Part shown: in pieces, positions 10,348 through 19,591 of the stretch | Layout of the letters: the number at the start of each line of letters is the position of its first letter | Numbering within the stretch: the stretch's first letter is position 1 | Assembly (NCBI GenBank): GCA_964631415.1 | Contig: CAZVZC010000003.1 | Span: 53,326 to 92,821, forward strand | Direction of reading: 5' to 3' | Origin: an uncultured archaeon | Lineage (GTDB): Archaea > Asgardarchaeota > Thorarchaeia > Thorarchaeales > Thorarchaeaceae | DNA length: 39,496 bases | Translations under genes and position numbers: made by a program | Notes under the pieces: model-generated | Told to the model about the DNA's origin: nothing | Seen by the model: the letters and a program-made list of their open reading frames with translations, nothing else | Database searches by the model: none

Positions 10348-10839
10348 TTAGACCGCCTCCTTTGTAATCTCTCGATACATCGACATCCTAGCTGTACGAA
10401 GCTTCTTCTTCTCCTTCGTTGTGGCATCAGTCTGATCCACCCATCGAAGAGCATTCGGAACGCAGTGCGGCACGCAATAGGGATTCCCGCCGCAGAGATC
10501 ACAGATCAACGGATACCTCTTTTCAGGGTGAAGCCGTATCCCATGATAGGGGCAAGCGTCAACACACTTTGCACATCCTTTGCAGGAATCCTTGTAGACT
10601 GAGATGATACCAGTCTTCTTGTCCCTTTCCAGAGCCTTCTCAGGGCATGAGTCGATGCACGGGTGAGCCTCGCACTGCTCACACAGCAGCTGAATGCCCA
10701 GTGCAATCTCTTCTCGCTTCATGATCTTGATCCTCGACCTGTGAGGATCAAACAACTCTTCTTTCGTCAAGGAACAAGCAAGGCTGCATTGCTTGCAGCC
10801 GGTACACTTGTCCATGTCGACAAGCAGGAGCTTCGCCAT
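10348..10839 (-). CDS. 4Fe-4S dicluster (DmsB/CooF-like) electron-transfer subunit of AOR
   Basis: CTGCKQCSLAC, CEQCEAHPCIDSCP, CKGCAKCVDACP, CDLCGGNPYCVPHC; ends 3 nt before the aor start. Confidence 0.92.
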   Translation of the reverse strand: MAKLLLVDMDKCTGCKQCSLACSLTKEELFDPHRSRIKIMKREEIALGIQLLCEQCEAHPCIDSCPEKALERDKKTGIISVYKDSCKGCAKCVDACPYHGIRLHPEKRYPLICDLCGGNPYCVPHCVPNALRWVDQTDATTKEKKKLRTARMSMYREITKEAV

Positions 10840-11073
10840 AGCATTTCCAACCGGTTCAACTTAAACTGCCGAAAACCACTCGCAACCTACATTAAAATCC
10901 TATCCTCCTCGTCATGTTCAGCTAAGCATATCGGCTCAGCCAAGTAAGGCCCCAGAACCAATAGGACCAGTTCATAACGCATTACATCGCTGTAGGGCTT
11001 GACATGAGAGCGAAGCGCAGGGTTTAAACGAGGAATCTGAAGTCATTAAAGCCCGGCGGGGTCTGACTAGGTT

Positions 11074-13350
11074 TTGAAGAGAAACGGGTTCGAGAAGGGA
11101 GTCCTGCGGCTGATAAGACTACGGGACATCCTGCTCTCAGAACCGAGTGCTGCAGGTCGGAACGCCAAGGCACTCAACACGCTGATTCTGAGAATGGCCC
11201 TCGTCCATGTGCTATCACTGCTCGGTATCGTCCCAAGAAGAGCACTTGACGCTGTATTGACCAACCCGGGGAATGGGTCAAACGGCTCCTGCAGACAGTT
11301 GTCCGAGTCGTTCGAAACATCCTCCCCAGACCGAAGAAGACATGGGCCTGATGGTGAGTCTTCAGAATATGGGCGCTTACTGGTATCTAGTCCACTCTCA
11401 ATCTATTCAGGAACGTGCCGCGAATCTCTCAGTCTGTCAGGTGAGCAACTCGAAGAACTGGCAGGCGTCTTGCAGGAGACTGTTCCTCCGTCTGCCGATA
11501 GCAGTATTGACCCCAGGATTCTGATGCTTGGTCGAATCTATGAGCTACTCAGAGACCACGGAAGCAGAAGAGAGCATGGAATCTTCTACACACCCGCGAC
11601 AATAGCTGAAATGATTTGCGAACTTGCCCTAGCTGCATATGAGAGGACATGGGCTTTGGGTATGCCCGGAGCAGACCCCAGCTCAATAGCACAACTGATT
11701 GCTCTCCAGGTCGCTGACAACTCCTGTGGGACTGGTGTCTTCCTAGTCACCATGCTGGATCGACTCACCCATCTCATGGAAACAGCGGCTGAGCACTCGC
11801 CCAGCTGTCGAGAGAGCATGGTTTCAGTTGGCATTGATCCGCAGAGTCAGTCGTCCATGATTCAGCATTTCTTGACTAGGTGCATACACGGAAGGGACAT
11901 GGATGAAACAGCCCTAAGGATTGCGGCGACTCAGCTATGGCTTTATGCGGTGCATCATTGCGGCCTGAAACCATCATCCTTCCCACACATAGATCTGGCT
12001 GCAGTGGATACTCTCGTTCAGGGCAAATCCGACGCAACCTGCTTTGACATAATAGTGGGGAATCCTCCCTACATGAGGGCGTCTCTGCTACCTGAAGACG
12101 TGAGGTCGCGACTGCGCGAGAACTATGCTGTAGTCCGTGAGTACAACTCCCATGCGCTCTTCATCGACTCGGCTGTTGAGCATTTGAATGCCGGCGGGGT
12201 ACTTGGGTACATTGTTCACAAGAATATCTTCACACTCGATAGCTTCAAGGACCTCCGAGAACGTCTCCTCACCTCCTATCAATGCACAGACTTGATTGAC
12301 TGTGGTCTGGGGGTGTTCAAGCGTGTCACTGCGGAAACTGGGATAGTAGTTCTGAGGAAGGTGGCCGTCAACCCGTCGTTGGAAACTAGACTTTCTCATT
12401 ACGCGGTTGCTTCGGGCACATTGGACAAGGTGCTTGTTCTTCCTCAGAACGATTACGCTCGCATTGTCCGTCCTTGGAACTATCGGTACCTGCTGTCTGT
12501 TAGCAGAAACGACATACGGCTGTTGGATCGTTTCCTAGACTTGCCCCGAATAGACGAACAAGCCGTGGTCAGAAGAGGAATAGAAACTGGTGACAATCGG
12601 AGATATCTTACTGACTCACCCACCGGGAATCGCAACTGGACTCCTGTCCTTCGTGGACGCGATATAGTCCCCTTCAGAGCAGAACCATCCATGTATCTTG
12701 ACTACTCTCGTGAATCGCTTGCGAAGCCGGGTCCGGGAAACATGCAGGAGATCCCCAAAGTTGTGGTGCAACAGAACGCAATGAACCCAATCGCCTATTA
12801 TGACGAAGGCAAATCACTCGTACTCAACTCGGCCACCTACATATCTGAAGCTCCCAAGGATTTCCTGAAGTCGCTCTGTGTTTTCCTCAACTCCGGCCTC
12901 GTGTGGTGGTTCTTCCGCAAAGTCATGACAAACAACGCAACCGTGACAGTCAATGTGTTGCCCAATAACCTCGGACAAGCGCCTGTTCCAATGTCCTTCG
13001 AACGTACAGTTCTTGCGTGGCTCTGCGACCGTCTCATGTCGGGCGCTGTCCAATCCCAAGATTCTGAAATCAAGAAGGCTGAATACCGAGAATGGTGGAG
13101 AACCATTGCGGAGGCGGTCGTAGTAGAGGCCTATCTTCCCGGACTCTTCCCTAGCACGAGAGTGACAAAAGCACTTTCGTCTTTCATCCTCGACAGTCCG
13201 TCGCCCGAGCAAGGCATATTGCCCCCAAGGGAGAGTCTGTCGGCAATCGCAAAAGATGTCTTGGGAAGAAGAGAGGTTCAGCCTCTGGCAGACAAAGGCC
13301 CAGTTGCTTTCAGACGAAGGAGAACAGTGATAAGCGACTCAAGAAGATGA
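11074..13350 (+). CDS. N6-adenine DNA methyltransferase (gamma class, TaqI/Eco57I-like) with C-terminal target recognition domain
   Basis: Motif X GIFYTP, motif I DNSCGTGVFL, motif IV DIIVGNPPY; TaqI_C-like segment GIETGDN...PVLRGRDI...PKVVVQQ...VFLNSGL. No nuclease motif recognised. Confidence 0.85.
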   Translation: MKRNGFEKGVLRLIRLRDILLSEPSAAGRNAKALNTLILRMALVHVLSLLGIVPRRALDAVLTNPGNGSNGSCRQLSESFETSSPDRRRHGPDGESSEYGRLLVSSPLSIYSGTCRESLSLSGEQLEELAGVLQETVPPSADSSIDPRILMLGRIYELLRDHGSRREHGIFYTPATIAEMICELALAAYERTWALGMPGADPSSIAQLIALQVADNSCGTGVFLVTMLDRLTHLMETAAEHSPSCRESMVSVGIDPQSQSSMIQHFLTRCIHGRDMDETALRIAATQLWLYAVHHCGLKPSSFPHIDLAAVDTLVQGKSDATCFDIIVGNPPYMRASLLPEDVRSRLRENYAVVREYNSHALFIDSAVEHLNAGGVLGYIVHKNIFTLDSFKDLRERLLTSYQCTDLIDCGLGVFKRVTAETGIVVLRKVAVNPSLETRLSHYAVASGTLDKVLVLPQNDYARIVRPWNYRYLLSVSRNDIRLLDRFLDLPRIDEQAVVRRGIETGDNRRYLTDSPTGNRNWTPVLRGRDIVPFRAEPSMYLDYSRESLAKPGPGNMQEIPKVVVQQNAMNPIAYYDEGKSLVLNSATYISEAPKDFLKSLCVFLNSGLVWWFFRKVMTNNATVTVNVLPNNLGQAPVPMSFERTVLAWLCDRLMSGAVQSQDSEIKKAEYREWWRTIAEAVVVEAYLPGLFPSTRVTKALSSFILDSPSPEQGILPPRESLSAIAKDVLGRREVQPLADKGPVAFRRRRTVISDSRR

Positions 13351-13360
13351 CGCGGCAGAC

Positions 13361-13897
13361 ATGACAATCCCAGAGACTCGTGAAAGAAGGCCAGATGAGC
13401 TGGACGTAAGTCCCCTCCAGTGGAGTAGGTGGCAAGAGTTCAAGGAAAGCGTCCAGATGATCATCTCACACCATCCTCCTTCGTACTTCGGACACTGCCT
13501 TCGTGTTTCCTTTATGGGTAAGTCTGTTTACTTCTGCGGTCGGTGTTCAGGCATCTATGGAGGTCTGGCAGTAGGGCTTTTGGTTCTCTTGGTTGGACAC
13601 GTAACCCCGGAGCCATCATGGCTCTGGTTCCTCGGAGCTGTTGCGATTGGCTTTGCCACAGTCGTCGATTGGACAACGCAGAGGCTTACGCCCCGCAAGA
13701 CCACGGTCAGAATCAGAGCAGTCACTGGACTCCTAAGTGGACTCTCTCTGGCGGTCATATTTGTCCTGGCAAATCTGGTTTACCTGCTCGTGGCGCTCAT
13801 AGTAATGGGTGGTTCAATCGGACTGGTCGGTGCCATAGAAACAAAACGCAGCCGGACTACTTCGCCGGAGCCCCCTCCCAAAGCGATTACCAACTGA
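13361..13897 (+). CDS. DUF2085 family membrane protein
   Basis: H...C-x-R-C-x-G-I-Y-x-G (FCGRCSGIYGG), DW-x-TQ and RAVTGLLSG; four TM segments. Confidence 0.75.
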   Translation: MTIPETRERRPDELDVSPLQWSRWQEFKESVQMIISHHPPSYFGHCLRVSFMGKSVYFCGRCSGIYGGLAVGLLVLLVGHVTPEPSWLWFLGAVAIGFATVVDWTTQRLTPRKTTVRIRAVTGLLSGLSLAVIFVLANLVYLLVALIVMGGSIGLVGAIETKRSRTTSPEPPPKAITN

Positions 13898-14011
13898 CCG
13901 GAAAAACATAGTAAGAGCTCGACCCAGCGTCCTCTTGACCGCCATGCGCGTAGACTCTCGTAAGACAAGCGTTTTAACTGCCACAGTCGACACGGCACCA
14001 AGGTGTTTGGG

Positions 14012-15148
14012 ATGATTCCGGTCGCAAAGCCTCTTGTTGGAAAAGAAGAAGTTGAAGCTGTAAGAAAAGTCCTCGAGTCAGGGATGCTGGCTGAGGGGAA
14101 GGTGTCTCGTGAACTCGAGAAACAGTTCTCGGAGTATATCGGTACGAAGTTCGCCACCGTAACGAGTAATGGTACAACGGCTCTAAGCACCGCGCTCGAA
14201 GCCATGAACATACAGCCGGGTGATGAGGTCATAACGACACCCTTCACATTCATCGCATCTGCTAACACCATCGCAATGCTTGGGGCCATCCCAATCTTTG
14301 TCGACGTTGAACGAAACACGTACAACATCGATCCCGAGCTAGTCGAAAAGGCTGTCACCAAGAAGACCAAAGCAATCATGCCAGTCCACATCTTCGGGAT
14401 GCCGTGCGACATGAAGCGCATAATGGAGATCGCAGAAACACACGGTCTCATGGTCATCGAGGATGCGGCCCAAGCCCACGGCGCCGCGATAGGTGGGAAG
14501 AAGATAGGCTCATTCGGTCATACTGCTGCATTCTCATTCTATGCCACAAAGAACATGATGACCGGGGAAGGCGGCTTGATTGTGACTAACGACGAAGAGA
14601 TCTACGACAGAGCCAACATGATCAAGAATCACGGTCGAGGAAAGGAAGGAGGATACAGCCACTTTCGTATTGGCTACAACAACCGCATGACAGATCTTGC
14701 AGCCGCTATCGGCATTGAACAGCTGAAGAGACTGCCAGGTGTACTGGCGGCACGTAGGAAGAACGCCCAAGCCTATGACAAGCTCCTCTCCGAGCTGAAA
14801 GGTGTTCGACCACAAGTCCAGAAGAAAGGATTCGAGTCAGCCTATCATGTCTATGCGCCCTGCCTGTATTCAGACAAGATGACCCGGGATCAGATGATCG
14901 AGTACCTGAAGCAGAACGAGGTGGGCTCCAGAACAGTCTATGCACTGCCCTGTCACAAGCAGGACACGTACCTGAACATCAGTCAGTGGCGCTGGGCCAA
15001 GTTCGTGAAGTATCCGAAGTACTCAGCCCTGAAGCTGCCTGTTTCTGAAGAGATAGGTGCGCGACATTTCGAGATTCCTGTGCATGCGCTGGTCACAGAT
15101 GCAGATAGAGCTCACATTGACCAAGTGATCCGGAAAGCCCTCTCCTAG
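14012..15148 (+). CDS. DegT/DnrJ/EryC1/StrS PLP-dependent sugar aminotransferase
   Basis: SNGTTAL, PGDEVITTPFTFIAS, PVHIFG, IEDAAQAHG, SFYATKNMMTGEGG (PLP Lys), GYNNRM. AGGTG RBS before the ATG at 14012. Confidence 0.93.
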   Translation: MIPVAKPLVGKEEVEAVRKVLESGMLAEGKVSRELEKQFSEYIGTKFATVTSNGTTALSTALEAMNIQPGDEVITTPFTFIASANTIAMLGAIPIFVDVERNTYNIDPELVEKAVTKKTKAIMPVHIFGMPCDMKRIMEIAETHGLMVIEDAAQAHGAAIGGKKIGSFGHTAAFSFYATKNMMTGEGGLIVTNDEEIYDRANMIKNHGRGKEGGYSHFRIGYNNRMTDLAAAIGIEQLKRLPGVLAARRKNAQAYDKLLSELKGVRPQVQKKGFESAYHVYAPCLYSDKMTRDQMIEYLKQNEVGSRTVYALPCHKQDTYLNISQWRWAKFVKYPKYSALKLPVSEEIGARHFEIPVHALVTDADRAHIDQVIRKALS

Positions 15149-15822
15149 ACCATAGACTGGAAGTACGGCAGCAAAGCTCGGAGGTCCTTCGAGTGGACAG
15201 TGACGGTAGCTGAGCGGCTCACTCTCTCCGTCTGTGGATTGAACGCGATACTGAAAGAGGACGCCTTGAACAGGTCCAAGTCGTTCTCGCCGTCGCCTAT
15301 ACTCGCCAGATTCCTTGAACTAAGTCCAATGTCCTTCATGTGTTGAAGAACCATTTCCGCCTTTTGCGGCCCCTCCATAACATAATGCACAGTGCCGTCA
15401 TGTCTTCCGTCCTTCTCTCCTAGAACATTGGAGTACGCAAAGTCCAAATCCAATCTACGACTGAAAGGTTTCATGAAGAACTGGCTAGCCCCACTGGACA
15501 CGCATCCCACGGCATAGCCTCGTGTTTTGAGAGTGGCCACAGTCTCGTCAGCACCCTCCATCAGAGGAATCTTCTCAACTATCGGATCAAGAGTACCGTC
15601 AACAGGGATACCTGTCCAGACCTTGGCTCCTAGAAGCAGGGATTCGCGCATGGTCAGTTTCTCACGCGCCGCCTTTGCGATTGCTCCAAGAAACGCATTC
15701 TCAAGACCCAGCTGCTTGGCTAGAGGGTACACCGCGCTTGGTCCATCGAAAAGCACACCATCAAGGTCGAATACGACAACCTTGATGTGACTTGTCTTGG
15801 AAGAGCTTTGGCTCGATTTCAT
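15145..15822 (-). CDS. HAD-superfamily phosphatase, phosphoserine phosphatase (SerB)-like
   Basis: Motif I FDLDGVL, motif II VSSG, motif III K, motif IV IGDGENDL. Confidence 0.85.
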   Translation of the reverse strand: MKSSQSSSKTSHIKVVVFDLDGVLFDGPSAVYPLAKQLGLENAFLGAIAKAAREKLTMRESLLLGAKVWTGIPVDGTLDPIVEKIPLMEGADETVATLKTRGYAVGCVSSGASQFFMKPFSRRLDLDFAYSNVLGEKDGRHDGTVHYVMEGPQKAEMVLQHMKDIGLSSRNLASIGDGENDLDLFKASSFSIAFNPQTERVSRSATVTVHSKDLRALLPYFQSMV

Positions 15823-15874
15823 GGGGGACTCACGGAGTCTGAAGGAACAAGGGTATTAACGGTTCTGATTGCCT

Positions 15875-17041
15875 ATGAGAACCAAGATGAACATCATCTA
15901 CAAGGGCAAGCGAACCGGCACGATTAATGAGATACGCAAGATTCTCAGAACCCCTCGCAAGGCCGAATCTCTTGTCTTCGACCTAGCGAAGATGCCGCGA
16001 GAGACTGCCAGCGGACTACTCTTTGTCTGTGGAGAGGTAGGCGAGGAGAATGCAGCCCTGTACAAGGCCAAGGCAGGGGAAATCGGAGCCGACTTCATCG
16101 TTGGCGGTCCCGACACATGGTCCTCCACAGTGAAAGCTATACGGAAGGTCTTCGACCCAAGCAGGCATCAGGGGATTCTGCTCATGGGCTCAGCCAGTGA
16201 ACTGCCCTCAACACCTATAGCACACAAGGGCTCTTCCTCATACACAGACTGGTTCATGCAGGACGTCGACGGCGATGGCGTCCCTGATGTTCCTGTCGGC
16301 AGGATATTCGGACCGCCAAAGACAATCCTGTATCATATGGACCCAATGATCATCGACAGTAACATTGCTGTTGTGTTCGATAGTCAACCCGGACGGTCAA
16401 ACCGTCACGTGCAGGCTCTTGCGAAACTGGGGTTTGATGTTGAGGTCTTAGAGAGATTCACGATGCAAGACATGAAGCTCATGTCCGTTTGCGAGTTCAT
16501 CCTACAATTCTCTGATGGTGTCTATACGTCCAGAATACATGGAACACCCGAGATGTGGGCATCGCACAATTCGATGATTCTCAGCTACGAGCAAGCCGCT
16601 CAGATCAACTTCGAAGGATACCCCTTCATCTATTCCGAGGCGTGCTGCACGGCTCGCGAGGGGCCCCTCTTGAGGGCGTTCCTCAATCAGGGAGCCTGTT
16701 ACCTAGGGGCGACTATGGACACCATGAATAACATCAGACCGTTTGACGACTGGCGAGACTGCGCATACTGTGATGGCTACAAGTTCGGTCTCCTTGACTT
16801 GCTAGATAGCTGTGATCGGCTGGGGCAGGTGAAGCTACAGGTCGACAGAGAGCTGCTGGACCATCTGGACCCCAACGCTCAACGCGAGATCGAGGGTGTG
16901 AGTAAAGGCCTATCACCTGATATCGTTTCAGAGAATGCTCTCTCTGTCGTTGAGTGGGTGTTCTATGGAAACCCATTGCGTGGCACAACCGTTGGGCCCA
17001 ATGCAGACTATACGCCCGGCAAGCTGATTGTGGACACCTAA
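15875..17041 (+). CDS. Peptidase C25 (gingipain-like, clan CD) domain protein without a signal peptide
   Basis: GILLMGS..ELP, YTDWFMQDVDGDGVPDVPVGRI (C25 hallmark), catalytic HG (IHGT) and Cys (YSEACCTA), GACYLGAT, VFYGNP. Confidence 0.65.
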   Translation: MRTKMNIIYKGKRTGTINEIRKILRTPRKAESLVFDLAKMPRETASGLLFVCGEVGEENAALYKAKAGEIGADFIVGGPDTWSSTVKAIRKVFDPSRHQGILLMGSASELPSTPIAHKGSSSYTDWFMQDVDGDGVPDVPVGRIFGPPKTILYHMDPMIIDSNIAVVFDSQPGRSNRHVQALAKLGFDVEVLERFTMQDMKLMSVCEFILQFSDGVYTSRIHGTPEMWASHNSMILSYEQAAQINFEGYPFIYSEACCTAREGPLLRAFLNQGACYLGATMDTMNNIRPFDDWRDCAYCDGYKFGLLDLLDSCDRLGQVKLQVDRELLDHLDPNAQREIEGVSKGLSPDIVSENALSVVEWVFYGNPLRGTTVGPNADYTPGKLIVDT

Positions 17042-17148
17042 TAGTGCTCGTTCAACATGTGGTCCTGTTGACAAATGGTTCAAATACAAAACCGTAAGAT
17101 GCTCAACGACCACTTGGCTAGCAAGAAGTGGTTTGCGAGGCGTAACAG

Positions 17149-17325
17149 GTGAGCACAGAGAAGAAAGAATCAACGGGAGAGAAACTGAAGTGTGAAGTTG
17201 GGTTCAAGGTTCACGGACCAAAGAATCCTTTCAAGACTCCCAAGAAGGAAGAGAAGTGGTTTCACACGATCCACTTGGTGTCCACATGGAGTGAATCCGC
17301 TCAGATACTACAACAGAAGAAGTAA
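17149..17325 (+). CDS. Small Lys-rich hypothetical protein (58 aa), absent from the supplied ORF track
   Basis: GTG at 17149 with GAGG 8 nt upstream; translates MSTEKKESTGEKLKCEVGFKVHGPKNPFKTPKKEEKWFHTIHLVSTWSESAQILQQKK-TAA and fills an otherwise 320-nt gap. Confidence 0.55.
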   Translation: MSTEKKESTGEKLKCEVGFKVHGPKNPFKTPKKEEKWFHTIHLVSTWSESAQILQQKK

Positions 17326-17362
17326 ACCTCGTTCTCGTCCGATCAAAAGGTGCTAATCGCGA

Positions 17363-18286
17363 ATGGCCTTTTCGATGCATGTGCCACCGTTTTATGATCT
17401 GCTCCTCTCGGTTCATGCTTGGGTCTACCCCGACATACAGCCTGTTCCGGAGTCCACCTGGGAAGGCGCTCTTGCCAGGCTCTTCACAATTGGAGATGCT
17501 CGGACTCCCGTTGTGGTGTCGCAATCGTCGGCCGGACGGCCGCTCTATGTGGATTTCGATGATGACTCGATCAACAGGGCGGCTGTACGTAGGAAGGTCA
17601 GGAAGGTTCTGGGCCTTGACATCGACACGGGTGGCGCACTTGCATGCATAGCAAGAGACCCGGTCATCCATGGGACAGAGCCACAAGTAAGAGGAATACG
17701 TCCGTATATCGCAGACACTGTCTTTGAAGCGCTCATCAAGTCCATAATCCAACAACAAATATCATACCGGGCTGCCAGTGTCATCACGAAACGCATTGTA
17801 ACTAGGTTCGCAGTCCCATTACTCTTCAAAGAGCATCCTCTCTACCCATTCCCCGACCACAAGGCAATTCTCAGTGCCGGGGAGTCCAAGCTTGCCGAGA
17901 TAGGTCTGGGGTTCAAGGCTCGATATGTGCATGAGGTATGCTCGATGGTGGCAAGTGGTGTCTTGGAGCCCGAGGGACTGGTCGGCAGGACTGTTGATGC
18001 AGCCCGCGAAGTGCTCGGCAGTATCAAGGGGATTGGGGACTGGACCCTGAATGCTCTGGCAATCTCCGGTCTGGGCGACTTCTCCGTATTCCCATATAGT
18101 GACATCGGGATGAGAAACCTGTTGGGCAGGCTGCACAAGCACAGAGAGCGAGTGTCCGAGGCTGAGGTAAGAGAGGTGGCCAGCAGTTGGGGGACTAACG
18201 GACCCCTGGTTCTGTATCTGCTCATGTGTGCGGATGTGCTTGGAGCCATCAGTCCGGTCAGGCGCTCAAAAACGCATAAAAGGTGA
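17363..18286 (+). CDS. HhH-GPD base-excision glycosylase, AlkA / 3-methyladenine glycosylase II-like
   Basis: FEALIKSIIQQQIS, YPFP, GLGFKARY, HhH IKGIGDWT, catalytic Asp in FPYSDIG. Confidence 0.85.
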   Translation: MAFSMHVPPFYDLLLSVHAWVYPDIQPVPESTWEGALARLFTIGDARTPVVVSQSSAGRPLYVDFDDDSINRAAVRRKVRKVLGLDIDTGGALACIARDPVIHGTEPQVRGIRPYIADTVFEALIKSIIQQQISYRAASVITKRIVTRFAVPLLFKEHPLYPFPDHKAILSAGESKLAEIGLGFKARYVHEVCSMVASGVLEPEGLVGRTVDAAREVLGSIKGIGDWTLNALAISGLGDFSVFPYSDIGMRNLLGRLHKHRERVSEAEVREVASSWGTNGPLVLYLLMCADVLGAISPVRRSKTHKR

Positions 18287-19494
18287 CCCAGTCGAAGAAA
18301 GCCCAGAGTCAACGGGTGAAGCGTTTGGGCAAACATCCCACCAAATCAGAGAAGAAGAACACGAAGACCTGGCGCATATGGTCGATGTTCATAAAGGAAC
18401 TCAGGCTCATAGAGATAGACAAGTTTGCGCTTCTTATGGTCTTCTTCTTGCCCGGTATGATAATGGGCACACTTTGGGTTGCTAGAGCACAAGCCACGTT
18501 TTTTCCTCCTGTTGAGTCTGACACAGGCAAGCGCTCCGATGCGCTTGTGGTTGGAGTCGTAGACCTCGATCCAACCGACACCTATCCGGGCCAAGACTTG
18601 TCTGAGAATTTCACGTGGTACATGCGTAGGAGCCCTGACTTCATCGTTCTCGTGTATGAAACCGAGGAGGCTGCCCTGAGAGCATTGTATATGGACACCA
18701 TCAAAGCATATGCCACCATACCATATGGCTTTGAAGGGAACATAACCGGTGACATCCCTGCGTTCGTCCCTATTCACATTAGTAGCACCGATTTCATGAG
18801 CCAAGCTGCAGTCTTCTCCGCCTTCGGCGATGTTGTCGCAGACTTCCGTGCGGACCACGGATGGGTGAAAGGCGAGATTGCGATGAGGAACATCAGGGAG
18901 TTTGAACCAGTGGGAGACTATTCCGCAGCAACCTTTGGTGTATTCCTGATTGTGTTCTCGTCCTTCATAGCTGTTTCTGCGACTGCCGCTCAGGCAGTTG
19001 TCGGCGATGTTCCCCTAAACCGGATGCTTCTCACGCCGGCATCCAAGATGGAAGCAGTACTGGCGAAGGTGCTGGCGTACTTCGTGCTTGGAATGATACA
19101 GGCTCAGTTCCTGCTCTTTCTATGGATGGGGCTCTTCGGAATCAGACCGAATGCCGACCTCCTCACTCTCAACGGGGTTCTGGCTTTGATGTCGATTTCG
19201 GGTTCTGCATTGGGGGTGTTCATCTCAACGCTCTGCAAGACCAGACTGCAGGCAAATCAGTCATTCCTTCTGATGCTCTTCAGCTCATTTATCGTCGGGA
19301 CCGGGTTCATGGATGTGGGGCTGGTCGATGACGTATATCCGCTGAACCTTGGCAGAGTCATGATGATCGACACGGCTTTCAAAGGAGTGTCCCTAGCCAC
19401 CTTCTCCAATGAGATAATGACAATTCTCGCATTCACAGTAGCGATGATACTGCTCGCTTGGGTTGTTCTTGCAAGGCGAACCACCCTGGCGTGA
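18283..19494 (+). CDS. ABC-2 type transporter permease
   Basis: KELR-TM1, large extracellular loop (VGVVDLD...IPYGF), five C-terminal TMs with RMLLTP...LAK and LGVFIST. Confidence 0.8.
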   Translation: MTQSKKAQSQRVKRLGKHPTKSEKKNTKTWRIWSMFIKELRLIEIDKFALLMVFFLPGMIMGTLWVARAQATFFPPVESDTGKRSDALVVGVVDLDPTDTYPGQDLSENFTWYMRRSPDFIVLVYETEEAALRALYMDTIKAYATIPYGFEGNITGDIPAFVPIHISSTDFMSQAAVFSAFGDVVADFRADHGWVKGEIAMRNIREFEPVGDYSAATFGVFLIVFSSFIAVSATAAQAVVGDVPLNRMLLTPASKMEAVLAKVLAYFVLGMIQAQFLLFLWMGLFGIRPNADLLTLNGVLALMSISGSALGVFISTLCKTRLQANQSFLLMLFSSFIVGTGFMDVGLVDDVYPLNLGRVMMIDTAFKGVSLATFSNEIMTILAFTVAMILLAWVVLARRTTLA

Positions 19495-19591
19495 GTAATG
19501 TCATTGCGGATTAAATCGTGGATACCATCAGTCGTGTCAGGAGCAGTCAATCCTAATCTTGCCAACTGTGGCCGCATGAGAACTGGTTCAT

